Below are positions 8,807-17,659 of a DNA stretch of 32,000 nt, piece after piece. The stretch is taken from the NCBI GenBank assembly GCA_963704755.1, contig OY969938.1:870001-902000 (forward strand), written 5' to 3'. Both the position numbers and the translations under genes were made by a program. Numbering within the stretch: position 1 is the stretch's first letter; every line of letters begins with the position of its first letter. This DNA comes from an uncultured Chloroflexia bacterium (lineage in GTDB: Bacteria; Chloroflexota; Anaerolineae; Anaerolineales; Anaerolineaceae). The notes under the pieces were generated by a model. It was not told where the DNA came from. It worked only from the letters and a program-made list of their open reading frames with translations, and made no database searches.

Positions 8807-8918
8807 TACCTGCTCGGGCTTATGTTAGAAAGTTCCCGAATTTGAGGTGTTTGCGGGGTCTTCGCCCCCGCAAACACCTCAAATTCGGTTTTCTTACCTG
8901 ATAGGCTGAGCAGTTACG
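8807..8918. repeat. Palindromic repeat element, copy A (MITE/REP-like, about 110 bp)
   Basis: A perfect 23-bp hairpin pairs 8836-8858 with 8866-8888 around the loop TCTTCGC. Its flanks are TACCTGCTC (8807-8815) on the left and TTACCTGA..CTGAGCAGTTACG (8894-8918) on the right. It is homologous to the element at 22400-22506. Confidence 0.7.
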
Positions 8919-8922
8919 TTAT

Positions 8923-8952
8923 TTGTTGGTTTTTTTCCCTTTGCGCTATAAT
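8923..8952 (+). promoter_or_regulatory. Candidate ugd promoter
   Basis: TTGTTG (8923-8928), an 18-nt spacer and TATAAT (8947-8952). A GGAGG at 8967-8971 precedes the ATG at 8983. Confidence 0.4.
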
Positions 8953-8982
8953 TCACGTAAATCTCCGGAGGTAATCTAATCC

Positions 8983-10299
8983 ATGAGTAAAATCTGTGTT
9001 ATTGGCACCGGTTACGTGGGCCTGGTCACCGGCACTTGCTTTGCAGATCTTGGCAACGAAGTGATGTGCCTGGATATTGACCCAAGCCGAATCGAAAAAC
9101 TTAAACAGGGCATTATGCCTATCTATGAACCTGGCCTGGAACAACTGGTCAGTCAAAATACCAGCGCTGGTCGCCTGGTCTTCACCACCGATTACGAGGA
9201 AGCCCTGAATGAGGCGGATTTTGCTTTCATCGCCGTCGGTACCCCCTCTGGCGTGGACGGTGAGGCCGACCTGCAATATGTTCGCGCTGTCGCCGAACAG
9301 GTCGCTGACGTGGTCGATCATCCGATCATCGTAATCAACAAATCAACCGTCCCGGTCGGCACCGGCGACTGGGTGGCGGATGTCATCCGCAAACGCCGCT
9401 CGGCGGCACCGCTGGATTTTGCGGTCGTCTCCAACCCGGAATTCCTGCGTGAAGGTTCGGCTATCAATGATTTCATGTCCCCGGACCGGGTTGTGTTGGG
9501 TTCGCTGGACAAGGATGCGGCCAACAAAGTCGCTCAACTTTACCTCAGCCTGCGCTGCCCGATCATGATTACCGACCTGCGCACCGCCGAAATGGTCAAG
9601 TACGCCTCCAATGCGTTCCTGGCCACCAAGATCTCCTTTATTAACGAGATGGCCAATATTTGCGAGGAATTAGGCGCCGACGTATTACAGGTCGCCCAGG
9701 GTATGGGCATGGATAAACGTGTCGGCCCCCAATTTCTGGACGCCGGCCTGGGTTGGGGCGGCTCGTGTTTCCCCAAAGACGTCAAAGCGCTGGCGCACAT
9801 GGCGGTCCTGCACGGCACCACCCCCCAGCTTTTGCAGGCCGTGATGGACATCAACCGCAATCAGCGCCGCCGCGTGGTTTTCCGCCTGCGCAAGGCCCTG
9901 GGCAGCCTGGACGAAAAGGTGATCGGTGTGCTGGGGTTATCGTTCAAACCTAACACGGACGATATCCGCAAATCCCCGGCCCTGGAAGTTATTCACCTGC
10001 TGCAGGTGGAAGGCGCCAAAATCAAGGCTTACGATCCGCAAGCCATGGTGAACGCTAAAACCATGCTGAGCAACGTCGAGCTGTGCCACACGCCTTATGA
10101 GGTCGCCGACCATGCGGACGCCCTGGTGCTGATCACCATGTGGAACGAGTTCAAGCAGATCGACTTCGAACGGATTTACGAGTTGATGAATAATAAGATC
10201 ATCATGGACGGCCGCAATTTGTGGGATCCTGAAAAACTGCGCAGCCTTGGCTTTACGTATTATGGTGTCGGCCGGTCGTTTAACGGGGATAGCAAATAA
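8983..10299 (+). CDS. ugd: UDP-glucose 6-dehydrogenase
   Basis: 438 aa. It has the N-terminal Rossmann motif [14 protein letters not shown], a GGSCFPKD catalytic-Cys block, and [16 protein letters not shown]. Confidence 0.9.
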   Translation: MSKICVIGTGYVGLVTGTCFADLGNEVMCLDIDPSRIEKLKQGIMPIYEPGLEQLVSQNTSAGRLVFTTDYEEALNEADFAFIAVGTPSGVDGEADLQYVRAVAEQVADVVDHPIIVINKSTVPVGTGDWVADVIRKRRSAAPLDFAVVSNPEFLREGSAINDFMSPDRVVLGSLDKDAANKVAQLYLSLRCPIMITDLRTAEMVKYASNAFLATKISFINEMANICEELGADVLQVAQGMGMDKRVGPQFLDAGLGWGGSCFPKDVKALAHMAVLHGTTPQLLQAVMDINRNQRRRVVFRLRKALGSLDEKVIGVLGLSFKPNTDDIRKSPALEVIHLLQVEGAKIKAYDPQAMVNAKTMLSNVELCHTPYEVADHADALVLITMWNEFKQIDFERIYELMNNKIIMDGRNLWDPEKLRSLGFTYYGVGRSFNGDSK

Positions 10300-10377
10300 T
10301 TTTTCCTCTTTTTGAGCAGGCCATCGTTCATTTTTTATAATCGCCGTTCACTGCGCGCACATCGTTATCCTAAGGGT

Positions 10378-10429
10378 CTGGCCGGCTTCCGCTTGTTTCC
10401 ACCGCGGAAGACGGCCAGGCTGTTTTATT
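10378..10429 (+). terminator. Intrinsic terminator of ugd
   Basis: A 15-bp stem pairs CTGGCCGGCTTCCGC with GCGGAAGACGGCCAG (one mismatch) around an 11-nt loop. It is followed by GCTGTTTTATT. Confidence 0.65.
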
Positions 10430-10503
10430 CCACCTCACGGTCATACCTGCTATTCTGTACCCTGACCGGGTTACCGCGAGCAGTGGTAAGATTGCCGCAG
10501 CAT

Positions 10504-10558
10504 CCTGAAAATGAGTTGTATTCCCTGGCTTCGCCAGGGAATACAACTCATTTTCAGG
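10504..10558. repeat. Long perfect hairpin E (25 bp, CTTCG centre)
   Basis: CCTGAAAATGAGTTGTATTCCCTGG, then CTTCG, then CCAGGGAATACAACTCATTTTCAGG. It lies after the ugd terminator and 55 nt before the lipoprotein start. No U-tract follows it. Confidence 0.7.
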
Positions 10559-10612
10559 GTCTTAATAACATTGTTGCGTTCATTATTTCATCGCAGAAAG
10601 AAGCAAACCTCT

Positions 10613-11581
10613 ATGACCCAAAAACTCTCTTTGAAAGTGCTTACCGGCCTGGTGGCCCTGGGCCTGCTGGCGGCATGCAGCCAGACGGCCAGCCCGACCA
10701 CAACGACGGTCGAACAGGCTACTGAAACACCGGCCGAAACGGTTGCAGCCAACCCAAGCGAAGTGGCTCCCACTGAAGCCAATCCAACTGAAATAACCCC
10801 GACTGAAGAACCTCAATCCAACAATACAGCGTCGGCCGATGTCTATGAACCGCTGGACGCCTCGGTTTGCCAGGCGCTCCAGGAAACGGCTAGCCAGGCA
10901 TTGGACGTTGAGTTCACCCTCCAGAACCCGGCGCCCTTCCAGGATGAAATCGCCGGGGAAGCCGGCCAGGGCTGCCGTTTGACCGCCGGCGGGGATGGCA
11001 GCCAGTTCTCCGGCCCGGATGCAGTGGTAAAGGCGTTGGTGAACTCGATTGGCCAGGGCTGGGACGAACAAATCGATTACGAGGCAGGCGGACCGACCGG
11101 GGAAGCCACCGGCCTGGTGCGGGATATGGGCCTGATGTTGATCAGCGCCGAGTGGTCGCCGGCCCAGGGTGTCGAATGCCCCTCCGACCAGCCCATCGCC
11201 TCCTGCACGCTGACCCCCGAGCAAGAAATTTACACCATCCAGGTCAACGTGGCCCAATACAAAGCCGATTTTTCATTGGATGGCCATTGGGAAGATGCAG
11301 TGACCGGTTTCAGCCTGGACCTGACTCAGGAATGGAAAAATATTTCCGGCGGCCATACCATGGTCGCGCAGAACGGCGCCAAAATCGATTCCCTGGAGGA
11401 CTCGATCCAGGGAAAGATTAACGGTAAGGTCGCCGACGTTACATTTAAGAGTTCCTTCAGCAATTCCACCGGCGAGGCTGAAATCACCTCTGTGGATGCA
11501 AACACCATCACATGGAAGATCCTCACCCCGCCGGACGGCGAATATTACCTGCCGGCCGAGGCCACGCTGACGCGTAAGTAA
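10613..11581 (+). CDS. Hypothetical lipoprotein with a P/T/E-rich linker
   Basis: The internal ATG at 10613 gives MTQKLSLKVLTGLVALGLLAAC, a signal peptide plus lipobox (LLAAC). A low-complexity PTE-rich region and a globular domain I do not recognise follow. The upstream part of the tracked ORF runs through hairpin E and is unlikely to be coding. Confidence 0.6.
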   Translation: MTQKLSLKVLTGLVALGLLAACSQTASPTTTTVEQATETPAETVAANPSEVAPTEANPTEITPTEEPQSNNTASADVYEPLDASVCQALQETASQALDVEFTLQNPAPFQDEIAGEAGQGCRLTAGGDGSQFSGPDAVVKALVNSIGQGWDEQIDYEAGGPTGEATGLVRDMGLMLISAEWSPAQGVECPSDQPIASCTLTPEQEIYTIQVNVAQYKADFSLDGHWEDAVTGFSLDLTQEWKNISGGHTMVAQNGAKIDSLEDSIQGKINGKVADVTFKSSFSNSTGEAEITSVDANTITWKILTPPDGEYYLPAEATLTRK

Positions 11582-11607
11582 AGTCATATCCAACGCTAAT
11601 TTGTTAT

Positions 11608-11647
11608 TAATTAGTCGGGTGAAAGCATGCTTTCACCCGACTAATTA
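11608..11647. repeat. 40-bp perfect palindrome
   Basis: TAATTAGTCGGGTGAAAGCA|TGCTTTCACCCGACTAATTA, centred on GCATGC, 27 nt after the lipoprotein stop. It may be a terminator-like hairpin, but no clear U-tract follows. Confidence 0.6.
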
Positions 11648-11738
11648 TCGTACACCCCGAGCAAAGGTCCAGCCTGTTATAAATGAGCCGGAGGCTTTCT
11701 TGCTAGTCGCGTATAATTAAGGAACTGGTCGTTTAAAA

Positions 11739-11793
11739 TCCAGGCTTGAGGAGCGGGCGGGTTTAAACCACTCGCCCACTCCTCAAGCCTGGA
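11739..11793. repeat. Long hairpin upstream of the methyltransferase gene
   Basis: TCCAGGCTTGAGGAGCGGGCG pairs with CGCCCACTCCTCAAGCCTGGA (one C/A mismatch). The central loop contains GTTTAAAC. An alternative pairing exists between GCAAAGGTCCAG (11661-11672) and CTGGACCTTTAGC (11789-11801). Confidence 0.6.
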
Positions 11794-11838
11794 CCTTTAG
11801 CAAAGGCCGCTCACCATCCCTTCTCCATCGGGGCTAGC

Positions 11839-12642
11839 ATGCCGGAAAATTTATGTGATCGTGTAGAAAATATCGACGGCCTGATTGGCATTCGCCAGAT
11901 CCCGGACGAAAGCGTGGATCTGGTTATTGCGGATCCGCCTTACGGGCTGGGTAAGGATTACGGCAACGATTCCGACCGCAAGTCACCGGATAAATTTTTA
12001 AGCTGGATGGAGGAATGGCTCGAGCTGGTGATTCCCAAAATCAAACCGGCCGGCAGCCTGTACATTTTTACTACCTGGCGCTATAGCCCCGAGATTTTTA
12101 GCTTCCTTAAGCAGCACATGCTGATGATTAACGAGATCATCTGGGACCGGCGCGTGCCCAGTATGGGCGGCAGCACCCGCCATTTCTCCTCGGTACACGA
12201 TACGATCGGCTTTTTTGCCCAAAGCAAGCAATATTTCTTCGACCTGGATGCGGTCCGTATCCCCTACGACGCCAAGACGAAGAAAGCCCGTTCGCGCTCG
12301 ATTTTTGTGGGCAAGAAGTGGCTTGAAAAAGGCTATAACCCCAAGGACGTCTGGTCGGTCTCGCGCCTGCATCGCATCCACGCCGAGCGCGAAGACCACC
12401 CCACCCAGAAACCGCTGGAGGTCATCGAGCGCATGGTCAAGGCCAGTTGCCCTGAAGGTGGGATTGTGTTGGATCCCTTCGCCGGTTCCGGCACCACCCC
12501 GGCCGCCTGCCTGCTGAACAACCGCCATTACATCGCTTTCGAGATCAACCCGGATTATTACCGCATCATTAAAGAACGGCTCCAGCGCATCCAAGACGCC
12601 CAGGCCAATAACGGCCACCATCCAAAAAATATTACCCCGTAA
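11839..12642 (+). CDS. DNA methyltransferase, beta-class N6_N4 family (DPPY; probably N6-adenine), apparently solitary
   Basis: 267 aa. Motif IV, DLVIADPPYGLG, is N-terminal. Motif I, VLDPFAGSGTT, is C-terminal and preceded by HPTQKPLEVIERMV. This is the circular permutation typical of beta-class enzymes (M.RsrI/CcrM/HinfI type). No endonuclease-like ORF lies next to it. Confidence 0.85.
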   Translation: MPENLCDRVENIDGLIGIRQIPDESVDLVIADPPYGLGKDYGNDSDRKSPDKFLSWMEEWLELVIPKIKPAGSLYIFTTWRYSPEIFSFLKQHMLMINEIIWDRRVPSMGGSTRHFSSVHDTIGFFAQSKQYFFDLDAVRIPYDAKTKKARSRSIFVGKKWLEKGYNPKDVWSVSRLHRIHAEREDHPTQKPLEVIERMVKASCPEGGIVLDPFAGSGTTPAACLLNNRHYIAFEINPDYYRIIKERLQRIQDAQANNGHHPKNITP

Positions 12643-12649
12643 TTCTGCT

Positions 12650-12696
12650 TCAGGTGATTGATTTGGGCGGCTAAGCTGCCCAAATCAATCACCTGA
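12650..12696. terminator. Hairpin between the convergent methyltransferase and uvrA genes (probable bidirectional terminator)
   Basis: A perfect 19-bp stem pairs TCAGGTGATTGATTTGGGC with GCCCAAATCAATCACCTGA around a 9-nt loop. A T-rich stretch (TTATTCCTTGCTTTG) follows on the plus strand. Confidence 0.55.
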
Positions 12697-12712
12697 TTAT
12701 TCCTTGCTTTGT

Positions 12713-15646
12713 CTACTTGCTCTCGAGGGCTACTTCTTCATCGGCGCATGAACGCAGGTGATGCAGCTCCATATATTCCTTGAGGAACTGCCCGGTGTAG
12801 GAATTTTCCTTACCGCACAACTCCTCCGGCGTACCGGTAGCCACCAACTCCCCACCGCGGTCGCCTCCCTCCGGGCCCAGGTCGATGATGTAATCGGCCA
12901 CCTTGATGATATCCAGGTTGTGTTCGATGATCAGCACCGAGTTGCCGGCATCCACCAGCCGCTGTAAGACCTCGATCAATTTGTGTACGTCGGCAGCATG
13001 CAGGCCAACCGAAGGCTCGTCCAGCACGTAGAGCGTACGCCCGGTCGCCCGCCGGGATAATTCTTTGGCCAGCTTGACCCGCTGGGCCTCGCCGCCCGAA
13101 AGTGTGGTAGCCGGCTGGCCGATACGGATATAGCCCAACCCAACTTCATCCAGCGTCCGAAGTTTATTGGAAATCGAGGGGAAAGCCGAGAACAACTCAA
13201 CTCCTTCGCTGACAGTCGTGTCCAGCACCTCGGCAATCGATTTACCCTTGAAATGCACCTGCAGGGTCTCGCGGTTGAACCGTGCCCCGTGGCACACGTC
13301 GCAGGGGACGTACACATCCGGCAGGAATTGCATTTCGATGCGTAACTGCCCCTGCCCCTGGCAGGCCTCGCAGCGCCCGCCGTGGACGTTGAATGAAAAA
13401 CGGCCGGCTTTATAGCCGCGTATTTTGCTTTCCGGCATCTCGGCGAACAGCTTACGCACCTCATCGAACAGCCCGGTGTACGTGCCCGGGTTCGATCGCG
13501 GCGTGCGCCCGATCGGGGACTGGTCGATATTGATGATTTTGTCTAGCAGGTCCTCGCCCTCGATGCGGTCATAATCGCCCGGCTGGGTATGAGCGCCATT
13601 CAAATCGCGCGCCAGCGCGTTATGCAAAATATCCACCATCAGCGTGGACTTGCCCGATCCAGATACCCCGGTGATACAGACCAGCTTGCCCAGCGGGATG
13701 GTCACATTCAGGTTTTTGAGGTTATTCGCCCGCGCGCCGACGATGGTCAGGTGTTTTCCATTACCGCTGCGGCGCTGTTCAGGGACCGGCACCTGCATCC
13801 GCCCGGACAGGTAAGCACCGGTCAAGGATTTGGGATCCTCCAGGATCATGGCCGGCGTGCCTTCCGAAACGATTTCTCCGCCGTGTTCACCCGCTCCCGG
13901 GCCCAGGTCGATCACCCAGTCCGCCGTCCGAATCGTCTCTTCGTCGTGCTCGACGACCAACACCGAATTACCCAGGTCGCGCAGTCCGATCAAGGTCGAA
14001 AGCAGGCGGTTGTTATCGCGAGGATGCAGCCCAATGGAAGGCTCGTCCAAAACATACAACACCCCCATCAGCCGGGAGCCGATCTGGGTGGCCAACCGGA
14101 TACGTTGGGCCTCACCGCCAGAAAGAGAGGCAGCCGAGCGCTGCAAGGTGAGATAATCCAGCCCTACATTGACCAGGAAACCCAACCGTGACTGGATCTC
14201 TTTCAACACCCGTCCGGCGATGGCAATATCGCGCTGGTTCAAAGGCGAACCGGCGTCGTTCAGCCGGCTGATCCATTCCAAAGTCTTCAACACCGGCCAG
14301 GTGGTCACTTCGACGATATTGTGATCATCTACCGTCACTGCCAGGGCCTCGGGGCGCAGGCGTGTGCCTTTGCAGGTCGGGCAGGGCCGGTCGCTCATGT
14401 ATTCGCTGATCTTGTTGCGAATATATTCCGAATTGGTCTCGCGGAAACGTCTTTCCAGGTTCGGGATGACCCCTTCGAACGAGGTATTGAAACTGGCCTC
14501 CCGGTCGTTGCGTCCCTGGAAATGGACTTTGATCTCTTTTTGGCCGGTGCCATACAATATCAGGTTGACCTTTTCTTCCGGGATGCTGCTAACCGGCGCG
14601 TCCAGGTCGATCTTGTATTCACGGGCGACCGACTCGACCATTTGCCAGTAGTAGCCGCCCTGTTCACGCGGGCCATTCCATTCCAACGCCACCACGGCCC
14701 CCTCGTTGAAGGACCGCTCTCGGTCTGGAATGATCAGGTCCGGGTCGATCTCGAGCTTGTTACCCAGGCCCTGGCAATCCGGACAGGCTCCGTGGGGTGT
14801 ATTGAACGAGAAGGTGCGCGGCTCGATTTCGGGCAGGCTGACCCCGTGTTCCGGGCAGGCAAACTGTTCCGAATAGAACAAGTCCTGGGGCGGATCGCTG
14901 CTAATGTCCTGGACGATCATGAAACCATCCCCCACTTTGAGGGAGGTTTCGACCGAATCGGTCAGGCGTGACAGAACCGCCTTTTGATCCTCATCCGACT
15001 CGTCGTGAGCGCCGATCACCAGCCGGTCCACCACCGCTTCGATATCGTGGATCTTGTAGCGGTCGAGGGTGATTTCCTCGTCCAGCGAATAGACTTTGCC
15101 ATCCACGCGCACGCGCACGAAACCCGCCTTACGGATTTCGTCGAAAATCGCCTGGTAAGTTCCCTTGCGCCCGCGGACCACCGGCGCCAGGATGAGAATC
15201 CGCGAACCTTCCGCCATGCGGTTGATCGCATCGACAATTTCCTGAGCCGACTGGCGCACGACCTCGCGCCCGCAGACCGGGCAGTGCGGGATGCCCACCC
15301 GGGCGAACAGCAGGCGCATGTAGTCGTACACCTCGGTCACGGTGCCGACGGTGGAACGCGGGTTGCGCGAGGTCGCTTTCTGGTCGATTGAAACGGCCGG
15401 TGACAGGCCTTCGATCGAATCGACGTCTGGTTTTTCCATTTGGCCAAGGAACTGGCGCGCATAGGCCGAAAGCGATTCGACATAGCGGCGCTGGCCTTCG
15501 GCAAAGATAGTGTCAAAAGCCAGAGAACTTTTTCCCGATCCGGATAAACCGGTAATCACCACCAGTTTATCGCGTGGAATCTCAACAGTAATGTTTTTCA
15601 AATTATGTTCACGGGCGCCGACCACCCGGATTACGTCGTTAATCAT
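12713..15646 (-). CDS. uvrA: Excinuclease ABC subunit A
   Basis: 977 aa. It starts [14 protein letters not shown]. It has two ABC ATPase modules (GLSGSGKSS and GVSGSGKST Walker A motifs; LSGGEAQR signatures) and zinc-finger CxxC pairs. Confidence 0.97.
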   Translation of the reverse strand: MINDVIRVVGAREHNLKNITVEIPRDKLVVITGLSGSGKSSLAFDTIFAEGQRRYVESLSAYARQFLGQMEKPDVDSIEGLSPAVSIDQKATSRNPRSTVGTVTEVYDYMRLLFARVGIPHCPVCGREVVRQSAQEIVDAINRMAEGSRILILAPVVRGRKGTYQAIFDEIRKAGFVRVRVDGKVYSLDEEITLDRYKIHDIEAVVDRLVIGAHDESDEDQKAVLSRLTDSVETSLKVGDGFMIVQDISSDPPQDLFYSEQFACPEHGVSLPEIEPRTFSFNTPHGACPDCQGLGNKLEIDPDLIIPDRERSFNEGAVVALEWNGPREQGGYYWQMVESVAREYKIDLDAPVSSIPEEKVNLILYGTGQKEIKVHFQGRNDREASFNTSFEGVIPNLERRFRETNSEYIRNKISEYMSDRPCPTCKGTRLRPEALAVTVDDHNIVEVTTWPVLKTLEWISRLNDAGSPLNQRDIAIAGRVLKEIQSRLGFLVNVGLDYLTLQRSAASLSGGEAQRIRLATQIGSRLMGVLYVLDEPSIGLHPRDNNRLLSTLIGLRDLGNSVLVVEHDEETIRTADWVIDLGPGAGEHGGEIVSEGTPAMILEDPKSLTGAYLSGRMQVPVPEQRRSGNGKHLTIVGARANNLKNLNVTIPLGKLVCITGVSGSGKSTLMVDILHNALARDLNGAHTQPGDYDRIEGEDLLDKIINIDQSPIGRTPRSNPGTYTGLFDEVRKLFAEMPESKIRGYKAGRFSFNVHGGRCEACQGQGQLRIEMQFLPDVYVPCDVCHGARFNRETLQVHFKGKSIAEVLDTTVSEGVELFSAFPSISNKLRTLDEVGLGYIRIGQPATTLSGGEAQRVKLAKELSRRATGRTLYVLDEPSVGLHAADVHKLIEVLQRLVDAGNSVLIIEHNLDIIKVADYIIDLGPEGGDRGGELVATGTPEELCGKENSYTGQFLKEYMELHHLRSCADEEVALESK

Positions 15647-15676
15647 GAAGACACCCCGGAATCGAATTTATTTTCT

Positions 15677-15713
15677 ATTATAACAGAAATGAACCAAATT
15701 GGAACACCTGTTC
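15677..15713 (-). promoter_or_regulatory. uvrA promoter with an overlapping LexA (SOS) box
   Basis: The plus strand at 15702-15713 reads GAACACCTGTTC, a perfect GAAC-N4-GTTC palindrome (Cheo-box type, as used by Gram-positives and reported for Dehalococcoides). On the minus strand a perfect TATAAT (15682-15677) lies about 17 nt downstream of it and about 30 nt upstream of the uvrA ATG. The box therefore overlaps the -35 position. Confidence 0.6.
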
Positions 15714-15917
15714 TTGACATGGTTAACCGGTAGGCCTGAGCGAACCGGCAATTTTCCTGCGGACAACACGCCTCCTGCATTGCACACATTTATAGAGGAG
15801 GGTGTTACAACTTTGCACAAATCGATAAACACTGTAACCCTTGATTCTACCAAATAATCATAGACAATTCCGGTGGTATTTTGAAAGTGTTGAAAAAACA
15901 CCCTGCATTTCAAGAGA

Positions 15918-15966
15918 TTGAGTAAATGGGGTGGCGCGGCTTCGCCGCGCCACCCCATTTACTCAA
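15918..15966. repeat. Long perfect hairpin C (22-23 bp, CTTCG centre)
   Basis: TTGAGTAAATGGGGTGGCGCGG, then CTTCG, then CCGCGCCACCCCATTTACTCAA. It lies in the 564-nt divergent region between uvrA and the MFS gene. Confidence 0.7.
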
Positions 15967-16210
15967 TGTTATTGATAACTGCTCAGGCAGGTTCAGGAGA
16001 TGAGGGTGCTTTTTTTAAAAGCGACTTTTCGAAAGCTTGTTTCGGCCCGAACCGGAGACACTTAATCATTCGTTAACCCATATTCCACACTTCCCAAAGC
16101 ACTCAAATGTATAATGACCTTGATTTATAAACTGCTGCGCTTCCCCTATCCATTGATCCCGGCAGCACCCGGAAATCTTCATTCCTTATCAAAGAACAGG
16201 ACCTGACCCC

Positions 16211-17539
16211 ATGGAAGAGAAACTGCACCAACGTGCCATCCGTGCCTGGACGATGTATGACTGGGCAAACTCAGCCTTTGCGACCACCATTATGGCCGCC
16301 GTTCTGCCCGTGTACTACACCACCGTCGCGGCCCACGGACTGCCGCCAAATATCGCCACGGCCTATTGGGGCTTCACCACCTCGATCTCGGCTCTGATCG
16401 CGGCGATCATCAGCCCGGTTTTAGGCGCCATGGCCGACTTTCGCGGGTCCAAAAAGCGCTTTTTGACCGTCTTCATGCTGCTAGGCGTGGCCGGTACGGC
16501 TTTGCTGTACATGATCCGTACCGGAGATTGGCTTCTGGCATCGCTTTTCTTCATCTTTGCCAACATCGGCTTTGCCGGCAGCCTGGTCTATTACGACTCA
16601 CTCTTACCGCACGTGGCCCGACAGGATGAAATGGATCAGGTTTCGTCGCGCGGGTACGCGATGGGTTATATCGGCGGCGGTATCCTGCTGGCCATCAACC
16701 TGGGCATGATCCTGTTCGTGCCGACCTTTTTCCCGGCCGCAATGAACGCAGACATCACCGCCCTGATGACCCGCGCCTCGTTCCTCTCGGTCGCCGTCTG
16801 GTGGTTAATCTTTACCTTCCCGCTATTACGCAACGTCTCCGAACCGGCCCGCCGCGTTCTGCCGGGAGAAGAAAATTTCAACCCGCTGCAGGCCAGCTTC
16901 AAACGCCTGGGATCCACTTTCAAAGAAATCAGTAAATACCACGACCTGACCCTGTTCCTGTTCGCCTTCTGGGTCTACTCCAATGGGATTGGAACGATCA
17001 TCACCATGGCCACCGCGTATGGCAGTGAAATTGGCATCGGCCAGACCTCTCTTATCGGCACGCTTCTGATGGTGCAGTTTCTGGCCGCTCCGTTCTCGAT
17101 CCTGTTCGGCTGGCTGGCGAAAAAGATTGGCTCCAAGAACGCAATCTACCTCAGTCTGGGTATCTATACTTTGATCGCCATCGGCGGGTATTTCTTGCAG
17201 CACGAATGGCAGTTCTGGGTGTTAGGCGCCGCAGTAGCCACCGTCCAGGGCGGCAGCCAGGCCCTCAGCCGATCACTGATGGGCAAAATGATGCCTAAAA
17301 GCAAATCGGCCGAATTCTTCGGCTTCTTCAGCGTATTCGAAAAATTTGCCAACATTGCCGGGCCGTTCTTGTTCGGCCTGGTTTCCACCATTATGGGCGC
17401 CAGCCGCATGAGCATCGTCTCGCTGGTTATTTTCTTTGCGGTCGGCACCTACCTGCTGACCCGCGTGAATGTCAATCGCGGTATAGATGTCGCCCAGTCC
17501 GAAGAGGGCGAATTGATCACCGAAGCCGCTGGCGCCTGA
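16211..17539 (+). CDS. MFS transporter, UMF1 (Atg22-like) family
   Basis: 442 aa with about 12 predicted TM segments. The N-terminal WTMYDWANSAFATTI motif is typical of UMF1-family MFS proteins. Confidence 0.75.
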   Translation: MEEKLHQRAIRAWTMYDWANSAFATTIMAAVLPVYYTTVAAHGLPPNIATAYWGFTTSISALIAAIISPVLGAMADFRGSKKRFLTVFMLLGVAGTALLYMIRTGDWLLASLFFIFANIGFAGSLVYYDSLLPHVARQDEMDQVSSRGYAMGYIGGGILLAINLGMILFVPTFFPAAMNADITALMTRASFLSVAVWWLIFTFPLLRNVSEPARRVLPGEENFNPLQASFKRLGSTFKEISKYHDLTLFLFAFWVYSNGIGTIITMATAYGSEIGIGQTSLIGTLLMVQFLAAPFSILFGWLAKKIGSKNAIYLSLGIYTLIAIGGYFLQHEWQFWVLGAAVATVQGGSQALSRSLMGKMMPKSKSAEFFGFFSVFEKFANIAGPFLFGLVSTIMGASRMSIVSLVIFFAVGTYLLTRVNVNRGIDVAQSEEGELITEAAGA

Positions 17540-17605
17540 TCAATTACCAGGGTTTGGCGATCTCAGCCTCTCCTTAACCGTCTCAGTGCAGTGACACACA
17601 TAACC

Positions 17606-17658
17606 AGGGTGTTCGTTTGGAGCGGCATAGCCGTTCAAAACGAACACCTTGATTTTTT
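17606..17658. terminator. Intrinsic terminator between the convergent MFS and 2H-like genes
   Basis: The stem pairs AGGGTGTTCGTTT (17606-17618) with AAACGAACACCTT (17638-17650), and there is an internal sub-hairpin. GATTTTTT follows on the plus strand. Confidence 0.65.
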
Positions 17659-17659
17659 C

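Noticed and set aside
10583-14971. Antisense ORFs over the lipoprotein gene, the methyltransferase and uvrA (10583-11257, 11998-12621, 13589-14191, 14321-14971)
   Set aside because: These are shadow frames of confidently assigned genes. None has an RBS or recognisable motifs.
15668-15958. ORFs that read through the long hairpins (15668-15958, 20073-20285, 22369-22596)
   Set aside because: Their only notable feature is the palindrome itself, which gives mirror-like peptides. They have no RBS, they are Cys/Arg-rich, and they overlap promoter regions. I treat them as non-coding.
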